Assembly: GCA_963845755.1 (NCBI GenBank)
Contig: CAWJTV010000041.1
Coordinates: 256,001-320,000, forward strand
Origin: an uncultured Planctomycetota bacterium
GTDB taxonomy: Bacteria; Planctomycetota; Planctomycetia; Isosphaerales; Isosphaeraceae
Direction: 5' to 3'
Length of the DNA: 64,000 nt
Of this stretch, positions 9,803-23,500 are shown piece after piece (positions within the stretch are counted from its first letter, which is position 1; each line of letters begins with the position of its first letter). The position numbers and the translations under genes were made by a program. The notes below the pieces were generated by a model, which had not been told where the DNA came from, ran no database searches, and saw only the letters and a program-made list of their open reading frames with translations.

Positions 9803-12647
9803 TCACGGCCGCGCGAACGGATCGGCGGGAAAATCGAGATCCGTGCGCCTCAACCGCCATCGATTCGCCCGGGCCGTTTCACCCATCGACTCATAGAGCC
9901 GGATCACGCGATCTTCGTGAGTTTTGAACTCGCCCCACAAGTCCGCCGGGACCTGGTGTTCCGGATCTATCATCCATTGATGAGCAAGCGTCAATTCGGC
10001 TTCAGCCTCCGGATACGCCTTCCGTCCGAGCAGGCAGAACCCGACCGTGAACTCGGCGACGTACCGGTCGGCGCCGTCGGCGCCGTGCCGGAGCCAGTAC
10101 GCCAGGTGCTCGCGCGCAACGATTCCGCCCTGGCAAAATCGCCGGTAACCACATACAACCCGATCACCGCCCTGGTCCCCGCATCGGTGAGGCCATGGTC
10201 GGGGCCAAAGCGTGCGCGGGTGATCTCGAGCGCCTCGGTGAGGTACTGGCCGACCTTCTTCAAGTCTCTTTTATGAACATAGATTACAGCCAGTTGAGCG
10301 AGGACCGCGTCGGTCGTCAAATGGTTGCGGTCGAGTGCCTTTCGGCATGACTCGAGGGCTTCGAGCAGCAGGGGTTCGGCCTGATCGTTCTTCCCTTGTA
10401 AGAGGTAATTCTGTGCGAGCGTTGCCATGGTCACGAGCGTTGCGTGGTGTCCGTCTCCGAGGACGTGCCGCTGGCTGAGCAAGACGTCCTTCAAGATGGG
10501 TTCGGCCTCGGCGGGTTTCTGGAGTATCCCGTAGACGGCCGCCAGGTTCAAACGGGCCGTGAGCGTCAGAGGATGCTCCGGGCCGACCGACTCTTGCAAC
10601 CCTCGGACGGTGTCCTTCAGGATTCGCTCGCCCTCCTCCGGCTTCATTTGAGCGACGTAGAGCATGGCGAGGTCGTTGGCGGCGGCGAGCGTTTTCGGGT
10701 CTCCGGGACCCAGGACTTCCCGAAAAATCCGCAAGGCCGGTGCGAGGAGTTTTTCCGCCTCGCCATACTGCTCTTTCTGGTTATAGACTGCGCCGGCGGC
10801 TTGCATCGCGGTGAGCGTCTCGGAGTCGTTCGGCCCACGGGTGGCGTGGAGGCCCTCCATGGCGTGGACCAGGAGGTGTTCGGCCTCCGCCAGCTTGCCA
10901 TCCATCATGAAGAGCATCCCGAGCCGGGACTGCGCGACCAGGGTTTCGGCGGCGTCCGCGCCGAGCAGTCGGGTCCGCAATTCGATGACCCGCTCGAGTT
11001 GAGGTCGAGCTTTCGCGAACAGTCCGAGATCCAGGTAAGATTCGCCGATGGTCTGACGAATCGCCGCCTCGACCAGCGGTCGGCCGGCGAATCGGGCGCC
11101 GATGGTCTCGGCCGCGTAGTCCACGGCGGTGACGACTTTCAGGTCCGGGTCGGGCCTACGATCGATCCGGGCCTGGTTCTCGGCGCCGGCCTGGCCCAGG
11201 ATATCCTCCCGGAGGAAGGCATTGACGGCCCGGGAGATCTCCGTCTCGGTCTCGGCCCGATCTCGTTCCGAACGAGCGGTCGCCGCGGCACGCCGGGCAG
11301 ATCGTTCGGCGGAAGTGGCCCGGACGGCCTGCCAGGTGCTGCCGATTGCGCCCAGGAGCAAAGCGAGCAGGAACGCCGCGATCCAACGATTTCGCCGGCA
11401 CCAGCGCACACAACGCTCCGCGGGCGAGGCCGGGCGCGCCAGGGTTGGGCGGCCGTCCAGGAACCGCCGTAGATCCTCGGCCAGGTCGGCTGCGGTCAGG
11501 TACCGCCGGGCCGGCTGCTTCTCCAGGCATTTGAGGCAGATCGCCTCCAGGTCGCGCGGGATGCCGGGCTGGCGAGCGGACGGCGGGACGACCTCCTGGG
11601 AGAGGATCGCATGGAGGACCTGATGGGGCGTCTCGGCGCGATAGGGGGGCCGGCCGGCCAGGGCCTCGTAGAGGATCGCGCCCAGGGCATGAATGTCGGT
11701 GCGCGGGCCGATCTCGCCCCAGTCGGCCCGGACCTGCTCGGGCGCCATGTAGCTCAGGGTGCCCAGCATCATGCCCTCTTCGGTCTGGGTCGTGGAATCC
11801 TTGAGTTTGGCCAGGCCGAAGTCGGTGATCTTGGGCCGGCCGTCGGGGGTCAGCAGGACATTCGCCGGCTTGAGATCGCGATGGACGACGCCCTTGCCGT
11901 GGGCGTGGTCGATGGCACGGGCGAGGGTCTCGACCAGCTCGGCGGCGCGGCGGGGCGGCTGAGGCTTGCCGGCCAGGGTGCGCCCGAGATGGCTGCCGTC
12001 GACGTACTCCAGCGCCAGGTAGAATTCGCCGTCGTGCTCGTCGAAGTCGTGGATCTGGACGAGGTTGGGATGCTGGCATCGGGCCGCCGCGGCGGCTTCG
12101 CGGCGGAATCGGGCCAGGTGAGCGGGGTCATCGTCTCCGGAGTCCTTGAGCAGCTTGAGCGCGACGTGGCGATTGAGGGCGTCGTGCCGGGCGAGGTAGA
12201 CGACGCCCATACCGCCTCGGCCCAGGACGCGCTCGATCTCGTAGCCGGGGATTCGCGGCAGCCGGGCGTCGGACCACCGATGGCGAGCGGTGCCCGCGAC
12301 CGCAGGAGCGGCCCCGGCCGACTCGTCGCGCCGCAGGGTCGGCAGGGAGGCGGCCGCGTGGACCTCGAAGAGGCGGATCAAGGAGTCGGACAGCTCGGGG
12401 AACTCGGTGAGGTAATCCTCGGGCCGAGGGGTCTCGCCACGCTCCTGGCGGAGGACCACCTCCTGGTTGATCAGCTCGACGATGACGGTCGGCCGGTCGC
12501 GCATGGCGGGCTGGCGACCGAGGTAGAACTTCAGGGGATGCGGCGTGCCCCTGGTCCAGTCCTCCACCTGCCGCGCAACAGCTCCTCCAGCGCAGGGTCG
12601 AGGGGATCGGCCGCGCCCGGGCGGTAGCCGAAGGTCGTATCACTCAT
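9803..12647 (-). CDS. Hanks-type Ser/Thr protein kinase with a TM helix and TPR repeats; frameshifts near 12570 and in the 3' region (about 10000-10110)
   Basis: LGRGGMGVVY, VALK, HRDLKPANVL, DFGLAK, GTLSYMAPEQ, TM segment WIAAFLLALLLGAIG, kinesin-light-chain-like TPRs; reconstructed start MSDTTFGY (12647) and end FPADPFARP*. Confidence 0.9.
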
Positions 12648-13220
12648 CGCACCGATCCTCCAGGCCCAGGGCGAACATGATGCGTCTGGTCGCGCGGTCG
12701 AGCGTCTTGCGCACGGCGTCGGCGTTCTTGCCCAGCCGTTCGGCGACCTGATCCCATGACAGCCCCTCTTTCCTCAACTCGGCGATCGGACGCTCGCGGT
12801 CGGTCAGAAGGTGCTCTGCCTTCTGAATCAGCTCGCTCAAAGCGATCTGGCTGGCCGGTCCCGGTCCGGGTGCAATCGGTTCGATGCCGTCGATCCCGGG
12901 ACCGCCGACGGGCACGGGCGGAACTCGGAACTCGGGCTTGCGCGCCAGGTCGGCGACCTTGTTGCTCGCGATCCGCGCCAGGAGTTTCTTCAGACCGTCC
13001 GAGTCGGCGATCTCGTACTGACCGACCGCGGCCCTGACCAGGAAGCTGCCGAGGACCACCTGGCAGACATCCGACGAGTCGTTGACCCGCCGGATCCGCA
13101 TCACGCGCAGCCGCGCCGGACGACCCGGCGGATGTGGGGTTCATAGGTGTGGACGAACTCCGACGCGGCCAACTCGTCGCCCTGCCGGATGAGCTGGAGC
13201 AATTCTTGAAGTCGGCTCAT
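12640..13220 (-). CDS. ECF-type RNA polymerase sigma factor (kinase-associated type); frameshift near 13110
   Basis: MSRLQELLQLIRQGDELAASEFVHTYEPHIRRVVR, region 2 DSSDVCQVVLGSF, region 4 GLSWDQVAERLGKNADAVRKTLDRA; overlaps the kinase start. Confidence 0.85.
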
Positions 13221-14570
13221 ACTGGGACTCCGGATGCCGTCGTCCGTCACATCTGATTAGAGCAGGTCAGAACCCGGCTTTCCAGCAATCAGTCGTCATC
13301 TCGCCTTCCTTTTATGGCCGTGGGGGGCCCGACAGGCTAGAGCGCCTATCGGTTGGATCTGCGCACGCCCCAGGACGACGCGAAGCCCCCGCTAAACTTC
13401 AGGCTGAAAATAATTTCGGATTTTTTATCTGCCGCTGGGGCTGAGAGTTGGGGCGGCTCTCGGCCGAAATCCCCGCTAGGTGCATTAACGGTTTCCCAAA
13501 GTTGCGGCATCCTGAGAGTATGGCCCACGTGAGATCACTGCCGAAACGGACTCCCGGACCGCGCCTCCCGGTCCAGGTCGTCGTCGCAACCGGATATCAG
13601 CCAAAGAGATCGGGGAGTCGCGACCCGGGAAAAAGATGTCCCATTGTGCCACGTGATGACACCCGCATCGGTCGGTGAGTCCCGGAGCGGACCTGCGGTC
13701 GGCCGGGTGGCCAGATCGGGAGACCGTGCCCCAGCGCGGGCGCGGGCCACGCAACGGTGAGGCGCTTTAAAGTCGCCCAAACCGACAAATATCAATCACT
13801 CGGATCGGATTGCAGAACGATCGCATGCTAACATCAATGCTTTGTTGCAAGCACTTATTCGCTTTGGGGCCGAAATGCTGCCGATGCTTTCGAAGCAAAA
13901 TCCCTCCCTTTCGTTACTCCGAAGGCGTTAGTTGCCATCACCACGATCCGATTCTTCCCGTTCTCTTGCCACCCGCTCTGTGTTGAAACACTCCAACATC
14001 CTCCGGATCTCGTGTTGGCAAGAATCAACTGAGGCAGGGTTTCCGAGCCTCCAGACTTGCTTCCAACGCGTTTGTGCGGTAGACATTCGTTTGCAAATTC
14101 TCCTTTTTACAGTCGCCTTGTCCGTTTTTGGAGTCCGACCCGATGTCATAGCAAGGCGCAAGTTCACGGATCCTCTTCTTTGGTTGATCCGGATGAACAT
14201 CCACGGAGTCGGACACAGACCCGTCCCACTCCATGCGTGATAGCGTCAGATCGATGGAATCTCAAAGCGACTGGCCAGGCACCGGGGAAGGTTGGTTGAT
14301 GAGCGTCGGTTCGCTACGGCAGATCCTCGGGTTTGAACCCTGTTGCTTCGGGGCTAGCCCATCGGGCAGTAAGATTCGGGATTTCTCGCGAGGCGATTGT
14401 CCGATTGACGCATTTGGAACGCTTACCGAGTAGCGACGAACACCTGCTTCCGATCGTGCGGATCCGTAGCGACACCGCCGACCAGAGGGGAAGAGGGTGG
14501 GCGCTCTCTCTATGCGCCGCGGCGTAGGGACGATCGGGGTCCACCTCGAGGCAGACATCAGGAGCCGACT

Positions 14571-17500
14571 ATGAACGTCCGCTTGCCACGGCAGATTCGC
14601 GCACTTCGTTCGGAATCGTTTTCGCGGCGACGGTCGGGCAAGAGGGACGTCCTCCCCTTCCTCGAATGGTTGGAAGCTCGGCGGCTCCTCTCGACGTATC
14701 TGGTCCAGAACAACGACGATTCGGGGACGGGGTCGCTGCGCGCCGCGATCGAGGCGGTCAATCTCGATCCCGCGTCGAATGGCCAGGACATCATCGAACC
14801 CGGTTCGTCGAGCATCGGCACGATCGCGCTCCTGTCGTCGCTACCGGCCTTGACCCGGGGCGATGTGACGATCGAGGACCTCGACATCGACGGGAGCCAG
14901 GCGGGCTCCAACGCCGACGGGCTGGACGTCGAGGCCAACGGCATCGCGATCGCCGGTCTGGGGATCACCGGATTCAGCGCCACGGGCGTGGTGGTGTTCG
15001 GCGATCAAACCTCGATCACGGGCAGCACGATCACGGGGAACAGCGGGGCGATCGACATCTTCGGAGCCAGCAACAACACGATCGGCGGTGCAGGCGCTGG
15101 CGAGGGGAACGTCATCTCGGGGAGTGCCGGTGACGGTATCTATGCGGTCGGCGCGGGGACGTCCGACAATCTCATCGAGGGCAACCTCATCGGCACGGAT
15201 GCCAGCGGCACAGGCGCGCTGGCCAACGGACTCTGTGGGATCTACTTCGGCGACGCCGGGGCCGGCAACACGATCGGGGGTTTGGCAGCCGGCGCCGGGA
15301 ACGTCATCTCGGGGAATGGGCAGGATGGCATCGAGCTGACCGGTCAAGGGACGACGGGGACCGTCATCGCCGGGAACCGGATCGGCACGAATGCCTCCGG
15401 GACCGGGGCGATCCCCAACTCGTTCGGGGGCCTCTTGATCACCGACAGGGCCACGGCGGTCCTCGGGTCCGGAAATACGATCGCTGGCACGGTGTTGATC
15501 AACGACGGCGCCTCAGTGGACCTGACCGGGTCCTCGAATAGAATCTCGGGCACTGCCTGGCTCAGCCTCGGCGGGGGCTCCAGCGCGGCCCCGGGCGCGC
15601 TCAATGTCACCGGCCCCGCGAACTCGATCACCGGCGGCTTGTACGTCAACCACGGCATGTTGACCATCTCCGGCACCTCGCTCGAGGTCACCGGCCGCGA
15701 CACGCTCTTGAGCGGCAGCATCTCGGCCTCGAGTGGAGGTTCGCTGAATCTGGCCGGGCTGACCGCCCTCAACAATGCTTACGACCTGAGCCTCACCGCC
15801 AACGGCCCCGGGAGCAGCCTGGACATCTCCAACGTGTCGAGCATCAGCGGCACTGGCATCTCGATCACGGAGACCAACGGCGCCGAGCTGTCGCATGGAC
15901 GACAGCTTCACGACCCTCGATGGCGTGTTGTTCACGATCGATAGCACGAGCGACCTGGCCAATCTTCTGATCAACAACCTCACCGCGCTGACCGATGGCG
16001 GCCTCACCGTGCTGGGGGGGAACTATACCTTCCCGAACCTGGCCGACATCGACGGCTCGTCGCTGGACGTGGAGAACGGCGCCAGCCTCTCGTTGCCCGG
16101 AGTGACCAGCGAGACCAACGGCGCGGGTGTGAATTATGGACTGCCGTTCTTTGCCAACGGCGGCGGCAAGCTCAGCCTGGTGAAGCTGGCGACGATCACA
16201 GGCGACGGAGTCAATGTCTCGGCCGATGGGACGGGCAGCACGATCGACCTTTCGGGCCTGACGACGTTTGACGTCAACCCGGCCGGTGGCGCCCTGTTCG
16301 CCTCCAACGGCGGCACGATCGATCTGAATGCGAACCTCACCACCATCAACGGCGCCAACGTCTACATCGACGCGACCAGCACCATCACGCCGCTGACTCA
16401 GCTCACCGCCTTGACCGGCGGCACGCTCACGCTCAACGGCGTCGATGCCTCGAATGCGTTCCCGGACCTGGCGACCATCGACGGGCTGGGCATCCTGGTG
16501 GAGGAAGGCGGCAGCCTGTCGTTGCCGATGGTCACGAGTTATACCAACAACGGGTATCCGTTCAGCGAATCCCTCCAGGTCCAGGATCCCAACAGCGCGC
16601 TCAGCCTGCCGAACCTGGCCACGATCACCGGCAACGGCGTGAGTATCGTCGCCTCGGGGACGGGGAGCCGGATCGACGTGTCGGGCCTCACGAGCTTCGG
16701 CACGTACAACGAAGGTCTGTCAGTCACCGACGGCGCCACGGTCGAGTTGAACCCGGCCTTGACCAGTTTTGACAATCTCGATCTTACGCTGGACGGTACG
16801 GGGACTCTCCCGATCGGTCAGTTCACGTCGTTGACCGGCGGCACCATCACGATCGAGGGAGGCAACTACACTTCGTCGGGGCCATCCTGGTTCTCCAGCT
16901 TGACCGACATCGACGGCACGAGCTTGACCGTCTTCGGCGGGGGCGACCTCGCTCTGGGGGTAACGAGCTACAGCGACTACTGGAGCTCGACGTTCCAGGT
17001 TTTCGGCACGAACAGCGTGCTCGACCTCTCCGCCTTGACGATGATCGATGGCGACAACGGCGTCATGAGCCTGTTAGCTTCGGGCAACGGGAGCGAGATC
17101 GACGTTTCCGCCCTGACCTCACTCAATACGCCCCAGGGCGGGACCCTGAGCGTCACCCAATCCGGTACCATCCTCGACGGCTCGCTGACGGCCCTGCACA
17201 ACATGGCCGTCAACGCTCGATGGGACCGGGAAGTTGGCGACCCGACAATGGACCACCCTGACCGACGGCGAGCTGTCGATCTCCGGCGGCCGATACACAT
17301 CGCCCACGACGGGGACATCGTCGGGGTCAATTGCCAACCTCAGCAACATCAACGGGACGGGCCTCTACGTCTCGAACGGCAGCCTGACCCTCCCCGCCGT
17401 GACTTCCTACAACTCCGATGGGCGGCACATCGGCTTTGTAGCCTCCGGCTCGGGTGCGGTGCTCAGCCTGCCTCATCTGACGAGTGCCACTGCAGCCTAT

Positions 17501-20500
17501 TATTCGGGATCGGGATCAGGTCCGGGTTCGGGCCCGCCAGTCGGCGCGGCCGCAACCAGGAGCGGAAGCTCGGGCTATGGCGCCGCCTTGAACTTCAAGG
17601 CCAAGGGCGGCGGGCAAGTCCTGGCGCCGGCCCTGACGTCGATCACCGACGGGGATTATGCGTCCGATCGGCGCCCAGGCCATCGGTCCCAACAGTCTGG
17701 TCAACCTGTCGGCGGTGACGTCGTTCGAGACGTACAGCGGGACCATCGAGGCCCTCCAGGGCGGCAGGGTCGACCTGAGCAGTGTGACCAGTCTCCAGAG
17801 CGTGTCGATCACAGGGGACGGTGCCAGCACCCTCCTGATCGGCCGACTCGCCGCGTTGAATTACGCCAACCTGACGATCACGGGGGGGACGTTCGACGAC
17901 CCGACCCTGACCAACATCGACAACACGAGCCTCTACGTCTCCGGCGGCGCGATCCTGACCCTCCCCGGCATCTCAAGTTATGTCAACAATACATATTATT
18001 ATAGAAATACGTTTGGGGCGACGGACACCACCGCGGGCGGCGTCATCAGTTTGCCCAACCTGGCGTCGATCGGCGGATCCTATGGCGTAAAGATCGAGGC
18101 CGCGGGAACAGGCAGCCAGATCGACCTACCCAAGCTCACCTCATTCACCTCAACCTATTTCGGTGCGGCGCTGAGCGCAACTCAGGGCGCGACGGTCGAG
18201 GACGGCGGCCTGACCAGCTTGACGGGCGTGGCCGTGACGCTCGACGGCACGGGCAAGCTGGCCGTCAGCAGGTGGACGTCGCTGACCAACGGCACCCTGA
18301 CGATCACCGGGGGCGACTATGCCCCCACCGCAGGCGCGGTCACCGCCGACAACTCCTTCGCCAACCTCGCGGACATCGACGGCTCGGGGCTGTACGTCTC
18401 CGGCGGCGGCAGCCTGAGCCTGCCCGCCGTGACTTCGTATACCGACAATGACAACGACAAAGCCTTCCAAGTCATCGACACCACTTCCGGCGGCGTCCTC
18501 AGTCTGCCCAAACTGGCGACGATCGGCGGAGCTTATGCGGCACAGATCCAGGCCGCGGGCGCGGCCAGCCAGATCGATCTACCCAAGCTCACTTCGTTCA
18601 GCGCGACCTATCTGGGCGAAGCCGTGCTGAGTGTGACGCAGGGCGCGACGGTTGAGGACGGCGTCCTGACCAGCTTGACGGGCGTGGCCGTGACTTTGGA
18701 CGGCACGGGCAAGCTGGCCGTCAACCAGTGGACCGCGCTGACCAACGGCAGCTTGAACGTCACGGAGGGCGACTACGCCCCCACCGCGGGCGCGGCCACC
18801 GCCGACAATTCCTTCGCCAACCTCGCGGACATCGACGGCTCGGGGCTGTATGTGTCCGGCGGCGGCAGCCTGAGCCTGCCCGCCGTGACGTCGTATACCG
18901 ACAATAACAACGAGAAGGCTTTCCAGGTCACCAACACCACGGCGGGCGGCATTCTCAGTCTGCCCAACCTGACGACGATCACCGGAAATTATGGGGCTCA
19001 GATTGTAGCCGCCGGCGCGGCCAGCGAGATCGACCTGCCCAGGCTCACCTCGTTCAGCGCGATCTATTCAGGCACCGCCTTGCTGAGCGTGACCCAGAGC
19101 GCGACGGTCGTGGCCGGCGACCTCGCGACTCTCAACGCCGTGGCCGTGACGCTCGACGGGACGGGCACTCTGGCGGTCGGCCAGTGGACCACCTTGACCG
19201 ACAGCAGCTTGACGATCACCGGGGGCGACTACGCCGACAATACCTTCACCAACCTCGCGGACATCGATGGCTCGAGCATCTACGTGTACGGCGGGGGCAG
19301 CCTGGTCCTCCCCGCCGTCATCACGGATACGAACAACAACGGTTATGAATCCCTGCAGGCGTACCAGCCCAACGCGTACTACGGGCAGACGCCCACGGTT
19401 GGCGTGATCAGCCTGCCCGACCTGACGACGATCGGCGGGAATTATGGGCTTGAAATCCAAGCCGCGGGCAGCTCCAGCGAGATCGATCTGCCCCAGCTTA
19501 CCTCGTTCAGCGCAACCTATTCAGACGCGGCCTCGTTGAAGGTCACTCAGGGCGCGACGGTCGAGGACGGCGCCCTGACGACCCTCAACAACGTGGCCGT
19601 GACGCTGGACGGCACGGGCACGCTGGCTGTCAATCAGTGGACCGCGCTGACCAACGGCAGCTTGACGGTCACCGCGGGCGACTACGCCCCCACCGCGGGC
19701 GCGGCCACCGCCGACAATTCCTTCGCCAACCTCGCGGACATCGACGGCTCGGGCATCTACGTATACGGTGGGGGCAGCCTGACTCTCCCCGTTGTCACCA
19801 CCTACACCAACAACAACTACAGTTACGAATTCCTGCAAGCCGACCAGTTCACCTTCTACGACTATACCAACGGAACGTATTACGGCTCCGGGTCGGTGGG
19901 CGTGCTCAGCTTGCCCGCCCTGACGACGATCTCCGGGCAATACGTCTTCGTCCTGGCGGGAGGGACGGGGAGTGAGATCGACCTGCCGGTGCTGACCTCG
20001 ATTAACCTGATTGGCTCTGGCGGACTGAGCGTCACCAATGGCGCGACGGTCCATGACGGCAGCCTGACGACCCTCAACGGCGTGACGGTGTCGATCGATG
20101 GGAGCGCCACGCTGGACACCAGCCCGTGGGCCACGTTCACCAACAGCCACATGGACGTCACCGGGGGTTCGTACACGTTCAATCTCCTGACCCATCTGGA
20201 CGGTTCGAGCATCGACCTCGGCGGTGGAGCCACGGTCACGCTGACGGCCTTGACGAGCTATTCGAATCCGAACGGCTATGATACGACCTCTCTGCAGGCC
20301 AGCGGCGGGGGAACTGTGCTCAGTCTGCCGGAGCTGACCAGCCTGGGGACCGACAACAGCATCCTCGACATCCAGGCCCTCCAGGGCGGCCAGGTCCTGC
20401 TCCCGCTGCTGGGGGCGATCACCGATGCCAGCCCCTACGTCGAGATCGAGTCCGACGGCACCAGCGGCACGGGCGGCTCGGGAAGCCTGATCGACCTGTC

Positions 20501-23500
20501 ATCGCTCGCCAGCTTCGCGGGCAATGGCTATTACGCCAGCCTCCAGATCACCGACGGCGCCTCGGTGATCGATCCGAACCTGACCAGTTTCACCGACGTC
20601 AACCTGACCCTCGACCCGACCGTCACGTTCCCACTGACGCCGAGCGAGAATTTCACGGTGACCACCGGCGCGTCGATCTCGGTGACGACCGGCACCCTGG
20701 TCGAGCAAGGCAGCCTGACCATCCCGGACCGGGCAGCGGTCACGCTCAACGGCTCGCTGGAAGTCGACGGCTCCGGAGTGCTGGTGCTCACGCCGGCGGC
20801 CGCGCTGAACATCAGCGGCAACCTGACCGGCAGCACAACCAACGCCGACCGCTTCACGCCGCTCGGGACCGTGCTCTTCGACAACACGTCCGCAGCCCAG
20901 CAACTGGAAGCCATGTCGGCCGACCTGGGGTCCGAGCAGGCGGGGTTCGTCAACAATTTCGCTTACGGGACGATCAGCCTGGCGTCCGGCACCTACTTGC
21001 AGTTGGTGGACAATGCCCACAATTCCAGCGGGACCGGGGCCGAGGCCGTCTACGCCAACGGGTTGATCGTCCCCTCGGGCGCCACGCTCGACCTCAACGG
21101 CCTGCACATGTACGTCCGCGGGGCGGTGATCTCCGGTACCGTCCTCAACGGCACGGTCACGCTGATACCCGGCGGCGGTGCGCTCCAGGTCGGCACGCCC
21201 GTGGCCAGCGACCTGGTCGCCGCCGGTGCGATCGACAACTGGACCTTCTTCGGCCGGTCGGGTGAGACGGTGACCATCGCGGTCAATCCCGGCGGCTCCG
21301 GCGCCAACCCCGCCTTGAACCCCCAGATCGGGGCGGTATCGGTCGAGCTCCTGGACCAGTTCAATACCGTGCTGGCCCAGGGGAGCAGCAGCAACGGCTC
21401 GATCGTGACCTTGAGCGGCGTCACGTTCCAGGTTGACGGCATCTATACGCTCCGAGTCTCGGCGCCGAGCGGGTCGACGGCCACGGGCAACTACACGGTG
21501 GCGGCCTACGACGTCACGCCACACGTCCAACCACTGAGTCTGGGCCAGACCGAGGTCGGCACGCTCAACAGCGCGTTCGGCATCGATCAGTGGACGTTCT
21601 CGGCGGTGGCCGGAGAGCAGATCAAGTTCAACCTGGTCAATTCCACCTATGGCAGCGAAGTCTTCGACCTGACCGGCCCCGGCGGCTACACCGCGTTCTC
21701 CGGCCTCCAGGCCAGCTCCGGGCTGATCACCCTCCCTTCGACCGGGAATTACACGCTGGCGGTCGAGGGCACCGGCGGCACCGGCGGCAGTTATGCCTTC
21801 GAGGTCGATGAGCTGACGGTGACCGCCCTGACCCTGGGGACGATCTACCAGGGGACCATGGGCGGCTCCGGCCAGTCCGACCTGTACTCGGTGGTCGTCC
21901 CTTCGTCGCAGACGCTGTTCGTCAACCTGCAGGACAGCGCGACGGGGGCCGTGAACCAGCTCTACGCCAAGCTCGGCACACCGCCGACTCCGTCCGATTA
22001 CGAATACAGCTCGATCGCGCCGGGCGATGCCGATCAGCAGGTCCTGGTCCCATCGGCCGCACCGGGCACCTGGTACTTCCTCGTCTACGGCGCGTCGGCG
22101 CCGACCTCCAGCCCGTACACCATCGTCGCCACCGGCGCCGGTGCAACTCGCCAACGTCTCCCCCGGCTACTCGGCGTTCGGCGCCCCCGCGACGCTGACC
22201 CTCAGCGGCGCCGGGTTCGACCAGGCCACGTCGGTGACCCTGGTCCCGGCGGTCGGTCCGCCGACCGCATACACGGCCACCGGCGTCTCGATCGACACGC
22301 TCACACAGCTCACCGCCACGTTCAACCTGAGCAAGGTGCCCGAAGGGCTATATTCGGTGATCGTTACCCGCGCCGACGGCACGTCAGCCGAATTGACGGC
22401 CGCCTTCAGCGTGACCAGCCCCGGCGCGGCCCATCTCGTGACCAACCTGATCCTCCCGAGCGTGATGGGGCGCCACGAGTCCTCGATCATCGACATCCAG
22501 TACTCCAACATTGGCAGCCAGGCGATGCCGGCGCCGCTCCTGGTGCTCTCGGCGCCGCCGGAGACCATCGACGGCCAGACGATCGTCAACCTCCCCCTAT
22601 TCACGCTCAACCCGGCGCTCCAGGTCTCCGGCTTCTGGACCTCGGCGCTGCCGGCCGGCTACTCCAACACCGTGGAGATCCTCGGCAGCGGCAAGGTCCC
22701 CGGCGTGCTCGAGCCGGGCGAATCGATCACCGTGCCGGTCTACTATGCCGGCATGCAGCAGCCCTGGAGTTTTGCCGAGTCGAACTTCGACTTCAGCCTG
22801 CAAACCTATCCCCAGAGCGACAGCACGACGGTCAATTGGAGCAGCCTGCAATCCAGCCTCCAACCGCCGGACATGTCGAGTGCCACCTGGAATGTCGTCT
22901 TCTCCAGCCTCACGTCGCAGATCGGCACCACCTGGGGCAGCTTCGTCAAGGCCATGGACGATAACGCCACCTATCTGGGCCGGCTGGGCGAGGACGTCAC
23001 CGACGTGACGTCCCTCTGGCAGTTCGAGATCGAGCAGGCCGAGGGGCTCTCTCCGGTCGGGACCCTCGCCAGCCAGGCCGACATCTCGGTCCCGTCGGCC
23101 GGCGACCTGCTGGATTTCACCCGCCAGTTCGCCAACTCGCTCTTGACGCGCAATACGCTCGGCCCGTTCGGCTACGGTTGGACCGACAATTGGCAGTATT
23201 CGCTCGCGGTGGGCTCCGACGGCACGGTCACCGTCACCATGCCTTCCGGGCAAGAGCGCGTCTTCCAGCCCGACAGCCGATCGGCGGCCTACTTCTCCCA
23301 GCCGGGAGACCACGGGACCCTGATCCGGGAGGTCAATGGCTCCTTCCTGCTGGAGGAGGCCGACGGCACGACCGAGGCGTTCAACGGCAACAGTACGCTC
23401 GACTACATCCAGGACCAGAACGGCAACCGCGTCACGGCGGGCTACAGCGATGGACAGCTCGTCAGCCTCTCGTCGACGTCGGGCGAATCGCTGGCGATCG

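Noticed and set aside
13928..14558. Short ORFs in the ECF/giant-gene intergenic region
   Set aside because: No recognisable motifs, atypical composition and mutual overlap; treated as non-coding.
18183..20080. CRISPR array or DGR template/variable repeat pair
   Set aside because: The repeats are in-frame 456-bp coding units. There is no short repeat-spacer pattern, no cas or reverse transcriptase gene, and no evident adenine-specific variation.
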